Origin: Acidimicrobiales bacterium
GTDB lineage: Bacteria > Actinomycetota > Acidimicrobiia > Acidimicrobiales > SZUA-35
Length of the DNA: 64,000 nucleotides
Direction of reading: 5' to 3'
Assembly: GCA_028285495.1 (NCBI GenBank)
Contig: JANQPB010000014.1
Location: 213,704 to 277,703 of the forward strand
Shown: one piece after another, positions 59,099 to 64,000 of the stretch
Numbering within the stretch: position 1 is the stretch's first letter
How the letters are laid out: the number at the start of each line of letters is the position of its first letter
Made by a program: the position numbers and the translations under genes
Notes under the pieces: model-generated
The model's database searches: none
The model's input: only the letters and a program-made list of their open reading frames with translations
What the model was told of the DNA's origin: nothing

Positions 59099-60276
59099 GC
59101 GACACGCTGGATCTCGTCGAGCGGCTCCAGGCGCTGAGCACGCAGGTGCTGCCGGACGAGGTGCGATCGAGCCATCTCGAGCGGCTCTGCGAGGAGCTCG
59201 AGACCGAGCCAGAGGAGCCACCGTCCGACCGCTGGGAGGCCCAGCGACGGCTGGTGGTCAGCGCCGCCGGTCTGGTCGTGCTGATCGGCTCCGCTGCGCT
59301 GCTGGTCATGGCCTCCGCCGCCATGCCGGGTGACCGCCTGTACGGCACGAAGCTGACGATGGAGCAGGTCATCGGCACCTTCGACCGCGACGTGGCCGCC
59401 TCGAACCGGGTCGACGAGCTGGAGGCCCTGATCGACCGGCGGGCCGAGCCGGCAGAGATCCGGGCCGCCCAGTCCCGGCTGGCCTCGAGCCTCGTGCCGT
59501 TCGCCGACGACCACGCCCTCCGCCAGCGGCACCACCAGCTCGTCCTCGGTTCCGGTCCGAGCGGTGTCCCGGTCGAGGTCGCCATCGGGTGGGAGCGGGG
59601 CGACACGTTTGCATCCTCGTTGAGCGACGGCGAGCTGGTGTTCGTCGATCGGATGGTGGCGGCCGACGGGTCGATCACCGACGAGCTCACGGTCACCGGC
59701 GAGTGGACCGCAGCCGAGAGGTCCGGCGGGTGGGACCTCGCCCGACCGACCGACGCGGGTGATGGCGCAACGTTGCGGATCGTGGCCGACCGCGACGGTG
59801 TCACGATCGTCACCGGCGCCCCCGACGGGCCGGCCGGCAGCCAGCAACAGGCCGCACCGGCGCCGCCCGAGCGGCAGTCGACCTTCACGACCGACACCCC
59901 GTCGGCCTCGTCCGGCGCCTCGACCACCGAGACCAGCGCACCGGCGACCTCCGACCCGCCACAGACGACACCACCGCCGCAGACGGCCGCCACCTCGTCG
60001 ACGTCGGCGTCGTCGAGCACCACCACGACGACAACGACGGCAACGACGGCAACGACGACGGTCTCGACGACGTCGGCATCGACGACGACCCGGCCGACGA
60101 CCACCCGCCCGACCACGACGACGACCCGACGGACGACGACGACCAGGCCGACCACCACCACGACACGGCCGACCACCACAACGACCAGCCAGCCGACCAC
60201 GACGACAACCGCACCGACCACGACGACGACCGACGACGACGACGATGACGACGGCGGCGGCGATGACGACGACTGA
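59095..60276 (+). CDS. Putative membrane anti-sigma factor (DUF5667-like) with Thr-rich and Asp-rich tail
   Basis: ATGA coupling to sigma gene, one TM, AMPGDRLYGTKL..E motif, long Thr tract, poly-Asp end. Confidence 0.65.
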   Translation: MSDTLDLVERLQALSTQVLPDEVRSSHLERLCEELETEPEEPPSDRWEAQRRLVVSAAGLVVLIGSAALLVMASAAMPGDRLYGTKLTMEQVIGTFDRDVAASNRVDELEALIDRRAEPAEIRAAQSRLASSLVPFADDHALRQRHHQLVLGSGPSGVPVEVAIGWERGDTFASSLSDGELVFVDRMVAADGSITDELTVTGEWTAAERSGGWDLARPTDAGDGATLRIVADRDGVTIVTGAPDGPAGSQQQAAPAPPERQSTFTTDTPSASSGASTTETSAPATSDPPQTTPPPQTAATSSTSASSSTTTTTTTATTATTTVSTTSASTTTRPTTTRPTTTTTRRTTTTRPTTTTTRPTTTTTSQPTTTTTAPTTTTTDDDDDDDGGGDDDD

Positions 60277-60382
60277 CTCGTCGCTGCGGGACAGCTCGGC
60301 CCGGATCTCGCCATCGGCGAAGCGCCGGTGGCTCGATCGGGACGCCCAGACGATCGATGCGGCTGCGGGTCTCGAGACCGCC

Positions 60383-61933
60383 GTGACGCCGGTCGGCAGC
60401 GGCCCCCCGGTCGCCGTCACCGAACCTCCTTCGGGAAGGGCCGCCGCCGGCCGAGCGCCGGCCGCTGGCCGCAACCGATCCGACCGCTCGACGGTGCCGA
60501 TGGTCGACGGGGCGTCACTCGGCTTCCTGCGCATCGGCTTCGGGCTGATCGTCGCCTGGGAGGGCGTGCGGTACCTCGACCGTGGCTGGGTCGATCGCTA
60601 CTACGGCGGCGACAAGCAGACCTTCACCTACTGGCCCCTCGACGTCGTCCAGCCGCTCCCCGAGCCGTTCCGGGCCTTGCCCTGGATGGTGATGATCGTG
60701 GCCGGCCTCTGGCTGGCCAGCGGCATCCGCCATCGGGCCGCGGCCACCCTGTGCCTGGCCACGGTCGGCTACACCCTGCTGCTCGACAAGTCGCAGTACC
60801 TCAACCACATGTACCTGATGGCGCTGCTGGCCTTCCTGCTCGTCCTCGTGCCGGCGGGGAACGCGCTGACGCTCGCTCGCCGCCCCGACCGACCCGTTCC
60901 CGAGCTGGCCGTCGACCTCCTCGCCTTCCAGCTGGCCGTGCCCTACGTGTACGGCGGCGTGGCCAAGCTCAGCGGCGAGTGGCTCGCCGGACGGCCGCTG
61001 ATCGCCTGGCTGGCGGAGTCGGACGACGTGCCCCTCCTCGGCCCGATCCTGGCCAGGGAGCCGGTCGGCCAGGCCCTGGCGGTCGCGTCGACGGTGTTCG
61101 ATCTGACCATCGTCGGACTGCTGCTCTGGCGACGGACCCGAGCGATCGCCTTCCTGTGCGTGGTGATGTTCCACGTGCTCAACGCTCGGCTGTTCAGCAT
61201 CGGGGTCTTCCCCTGGCTGATGATCCTGGCCACCACGATCTTCCTGCCCCGCGACTGGCCCCGCCGGGTCGCAGCCAGCCTCCGCGACCCCGGCGACCCC
61301 CGCCGCCGGCCGGCGGCGCTCGCTGCGCTGGCCGGCGCCGCCGTCGGCGCCTGGTTCTTCCCGACCGTGGTGCCCGTGCACGTGGTCGTGTCGGCCGTCG
61401 GGTCCGGTCTGACGGCCTGGCTGGTCGTCGATCGGCGCCTCGGGTCACCGACCTCCGGCCGCCCACCGGCACCGGCCACCACCGGTCGACGGTGGCGCAA
61501 CATCGTGGTGGCACTGGCCGCAGCCTGGATCGCCGTGCAGGTCACCGTACCGCTGCGTCACCATCTGACGTCGACCGACGTGCTCTGGGCCGAGGACGGG
61601 CACCGCTTCTCGTGGCGGATGAAGCTCCGCGACAAGGACGGCACCCTGGCATTGACGATCCGCGAGCAGGACGGCACCGAGCTCGCCGTCGATCTCGACG
61701 AGCACCTCCGGCCGCGCCAGATCGACAAGATGGCGACCCGCCCGGACATGATCGTCCAGTTCGCCAGGAGCCTCGAGGACGACGCAGGCCACGACATCGG
61801 TGTCTACGCCGAGTCGTTCGTCTCGTTGAACGGGCGGGAGCCGGCCCGCTTCGTCCTGCCGGACGTCGACCTGACCGAGGTCGAGACGCCCTGGCTCGGC
61901 TCGGCCTGGTACCTCGCTCCCCCACCCGACTGA
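60383..61933 (+). CDS. HTTM domain protein (vitamin K-dependent gamma-carboxylase-like)
   Basis: LGFLRIGFG, YLNHMYL, GGVAKL..EWL.G, FH..N..LFSIGVFPW, GHRFSWRMKL, SLNGR; start uncertain (60383-60500). Confidence 0.85.
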   Translation: MTPVGSGPPVAVTEPPSGRAAAGRAPAAGRNRSDRSTVPMVDGASLGFLRIGFGLIVAWEGVRYLDRGWVDRYYGGDKQTFTYWPLDVVQPLPEPFRALPWMVMIVAGLWLASGIRHRAAATLCLATVGYTLLLDKSQYLNHMYLMALLAFLLVLVPAGNALTLARRPDRPVPELAVDLLAFQLAVPYVYGGVAKLSGEWLAGRPLIAWLAESDDVPLLGPILAREPVGQALAVASTVFDLTIVGLLLWRRTRAIAFLCVVMFHVLNARLFSIGVFPWLMILATTIFLPRDWPRRVAASLRDPGDPRRRPAALAALAGAAVGAWFFPTVVPVHVVVSAVGSGLTAWLVVDRRLGSPTSGRPPAPATTGRRWRNIVVALAAAWIAVQVTVPLRHHLTSTDVLWAEDGHRFSWRMKLRDKDGTLALTIREQDGTELAVDLDEHLRPRQIDKMATRPDMIVQFARSLEDDAGHDIGVYAESFVSLNGREPARFVLPDVDLTEVETPWLGSAWYLAPPPD

Positions 61934-62033
61934 GCGACCGCCCACTCGGCCGCGGGCGGACGTCCGGGAGCCGCCGAATTCGACGGGCCGATTCGCTCAG
62001 GTCCGGAACCCGGCCGCTGCGTACCCTGTGTCG

Positions 62034-63389
62034 ATGCTGCTGGCAGGACTTCTCGTGCTCGCAGTCCCGGTGGCCGCCCTGCTCCGCAAGCTGGTCCTCC
62101 GCCCCCAGCGAGGGGTCCTCGTCCTGGCCGCCCTCGCTCCGTTCGACGGCCTGCTGCTGCTGGTCGACGGACCCGACCTCCGAGCCGGGTGGAAGGAGGC
62201 GCTGGTGCTCCTCACCCTCGGCGCCACCCTCGTCGCCCCCCGCTCGGCCCGGCCTGCGGTCCGGAGTCCCGTGCCGGCCTGGGTCGCTCCGACGTTGGCC
62301 ATCGTCGCCCTGACGCTGGCCACCGCCTCCCGCTCGACGCTGCCCTTCCTGGCCGCCGGGCTGAAGGTCGACCACTTCTATCTCCTGCTGGCGCTGGTCA
62401 TCTGGCGGTGCCCCTTCGATCGTCGCGAGCGCGACCAGCTGGTCACGATCCTGATGGTCGGGGCGGTGGTGACGTCCCTGGCCGGCATCTTCCAACAGGC
62501 GCTCGGGCAGGGCGCGCTCAACGCGCTCGGCTACGACTTCAACACCGTCATCCGCACCACCGGCGATTCGGTCCTGCGCTCGTTCTCCACGTTCGAGCAG
62601 CCCTTCCCGTTCGCCTTCTACGTGGTGTTCGTCCTGGCGATCGCCGTCCCGGTCGCCCTGCAGGAACCGCTGCGGACCCGGAACCGGCTGTTCCTCTGGT
62701 GCACACCGATCCTGCTCGTCGGCGTGCTCACCGCCGTCGTGCGAGCCGCCCTCGTCGCCCTCGCCGTCGCTGCCCTGTACCACCTGGCGCGCAACTACCG
62801 GGCCGTGCTCTCGATCACGCCGCTGCTGTTGCTGCTGGTGACGCTGGCCCCGGCAGCGCTGATCAGCGCCGTCCTGTCGGCCAGCTCGTTCGGGGAGCGG
62901 GTGGACGGCTGGTCGCTGATCGCCGACGCGGTGACCTCCGAGCCGTTCGGAGCCGGGATCGCCACGACGGGGTCGGCGGCCGAGGTCGCCGCCGACCTCG
63001 GCGGGGAGAACCGGGCGACCTTCGGCCTGCCACCCGACCTGCGCCCCTACCAGCCGGACAACTACTACGTGAAGCGGTTGCTCGAGCTCGGCCCGCTCGG
63101 CCTGTGGCTGACGATCCTCGTGCTCCGCCACGTCATCGGTGGGGCTCGCGACGTCAGGACCCGCGCCCGACCGCCCGACCGGGCGCTCATCGACGGTTGG
63201 ATCGCCTCGGTGCTCGGCGCCATCGTCGCCGCCACCGTGGCCACCTACTGGGAGATCTTCCCGCTCGACCTGTACTTCTACCTGATGCTGGGGGTGGTGA
63301 CATCCATCGACCGAGCCGAGTCGCCTGCGCCGGACCTGCCCGCCGACCAGACGGTCGCAGCGTTCAGGCCGACCCTTGCGAGCGCTTGA
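62034..63389 (+). CDS. O-antigen ligase/Wzy-like membrane protein
   Basis: Multi-TM; R.FSTF..P, PFGAGI, DNYYVKRLLELG. Confidence 0.78.
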   Translation: MLLAGLLVLAVPVAALLRKLVLRPQRGVLVLAALAPFDGLLLLVDGPDLRAGWKEALVLLTLGATLVAPRSARPAVRSPVPAWVAPTLAIVALTLATASRSTLPFLAAGLKVDHFYLLLALVIWRCPFDRRERDQLVTILMVGAVVTSLAGIFQQALGQGALNALGYDFNTVIRTTGDSVLRSFSTFEQPFPFAFYVVFVLAIAVPVALQEPLRTRNRLFLWCTPILLVGVLTAVVRAALVALAVAALYHLARNYRAVLSITPLLLLLVTLAPAALISAVLSASSFGERVDGWSLIADAVTSEPFGAGIATTGSAAEVAADLGGENRATFGLPPDLRPYQPDNYYVKRLLELGPLGLWLTILVLRHVIGGARDVRTRARPPDRALIDGWIASVLGAIVAATVATYWEIFPLDLYFYLMLGVVTSIDRAESPAPDLPADQTVAAFRPTLASA

Positions 63390-63489
63390 GCGCCGTCGTC
63401 GACCGGACGACACCCGAGCGCACCGGCGGGTCGGGGGCCACGCCGGCCCGGGCCGTTGCCGCGCACCATCGACGTCTGGCGGGTCGACG

Positions 63490-64000
63490 ATGAGCCTCCG
63501 GGTGGCCATGGTCGTCGACCGCTTCCCGAACGAGCCGTTCCTGGCCCAGCAGGTGGCCGCCCTGCTCGGGCGCTCCGTCGACGTCCACGTGCTCTGCCAG
63601 ATCGCCGACGACAGCAGCGATGCCTGGTCGCAGCTCGATCGGGCCGAGATGCGGGGACGGATCCACCCCTGGCCCGACCGTGGGCGCCCGGCTGCCCTCG
63701 CCGCCGCCGCAGCCAGGACGGCGCTCGGCGGGCTCCGCCGTCGCCGCGGCGCGCTGGTCCGACCACTGGCGTCGGCGATCCGGGCCGAGCACAACGGCGT
63801 CGGCGACGGCCACAACCCGCTCGGCCGCCTGCTGTTCGACCTGCGGTTGATCGCCGTCGAGCCAGACGTCGTCCACTTCCAGTTCGGCGACCTGGCCCGG
63901 GCCAGGACCCACGTCGCCGGCGCCGTCGACGCCGGCTTCAGCTCGTCCTTCCGTGGCTACGACCTCGCCTACGCCGGCCTCGACCAGGCCGGGTTCTACG
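63490..64000 (+). CDS. Glycosyltransferase (GT4/WcaL-like), 3'-partial
   Basis: MSLRVAMVVDRFP.E.F..QQV..L; PDVVHFQFG, SFRGYD; frame open to window end. Confidence 0.72.
   Translation, partial: MSLRVAMVVDRFPNEPFLAQQVAALLGRSVDVHVLCQIADDSSDAWSQLDRAEMRGRIHPWPDRGRPAALAAAAARTALGGLRRRRGALVRPLASAIRAEHNGVGDGHNPLGRLLFDLRLIAVEPDVVHFQFGDLARARTHVAGAVDAGFSSSFRGYDLAYAGLDQAGFY

Noticed and set aside
59880-60270. ACG/ACC-rich repeats (also 25915-26165)
   Set aside because: Explained by Thr/Ser-rich protein linkers; not independent DNA elements.

Overview
High-GC actinobacterial DNA, probably Acidimicrobiia-like (inferred from codon bias, F420/mycothiol-type enzyme families and frequent TAnnnT-N6-8-ATG leaderless starts). 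1-26.5 kb is a dense catabolic region (UbiD/UbiX, 2OG-Fe(II) oxygenase, deaminase, Rieske oxygenase, NMT1-type ABC importer, three LLM oxidoreductases, BVMO) plus a K+ channel, a Ser/Thr kinase and a CTP-synthase-like glutamine amidotransferase whose catalytic Cys codon is an in-frame TGA followed by a SECIS-like hairpin (probable selenoprotein, split in the ORF track). A tRNA-Arg(ACG) at 26611-26684 anchors a decaying genomic island with a degenerate att-like repeat at about 38550-38640, two tyrosine-integrase remnants, an ImmA/IrrE remnant, other pseudogenes, an iron-siderophore ABC system, a QueD-like gene and a His/Glu-rich ZnuA-like protein. Next come a MarR / HpaB-family / FabF-like / acyl-CoA ligase cluster, an HxlR-MFS pair, a large secreted lipase with RTX repeats, an hpaR-hpaD-P450 unit with an internally deleted hpaE, a small HTH gene divergent from a SEC-C methionine aminopeptidase with shared operator-like repeats, an ECF sigma/anti-sigma pair, an HTTM (gamma-carboxylase-like) protein and the start of a surface-glycan locus. 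All calls are by motif recognition; no searches were run.
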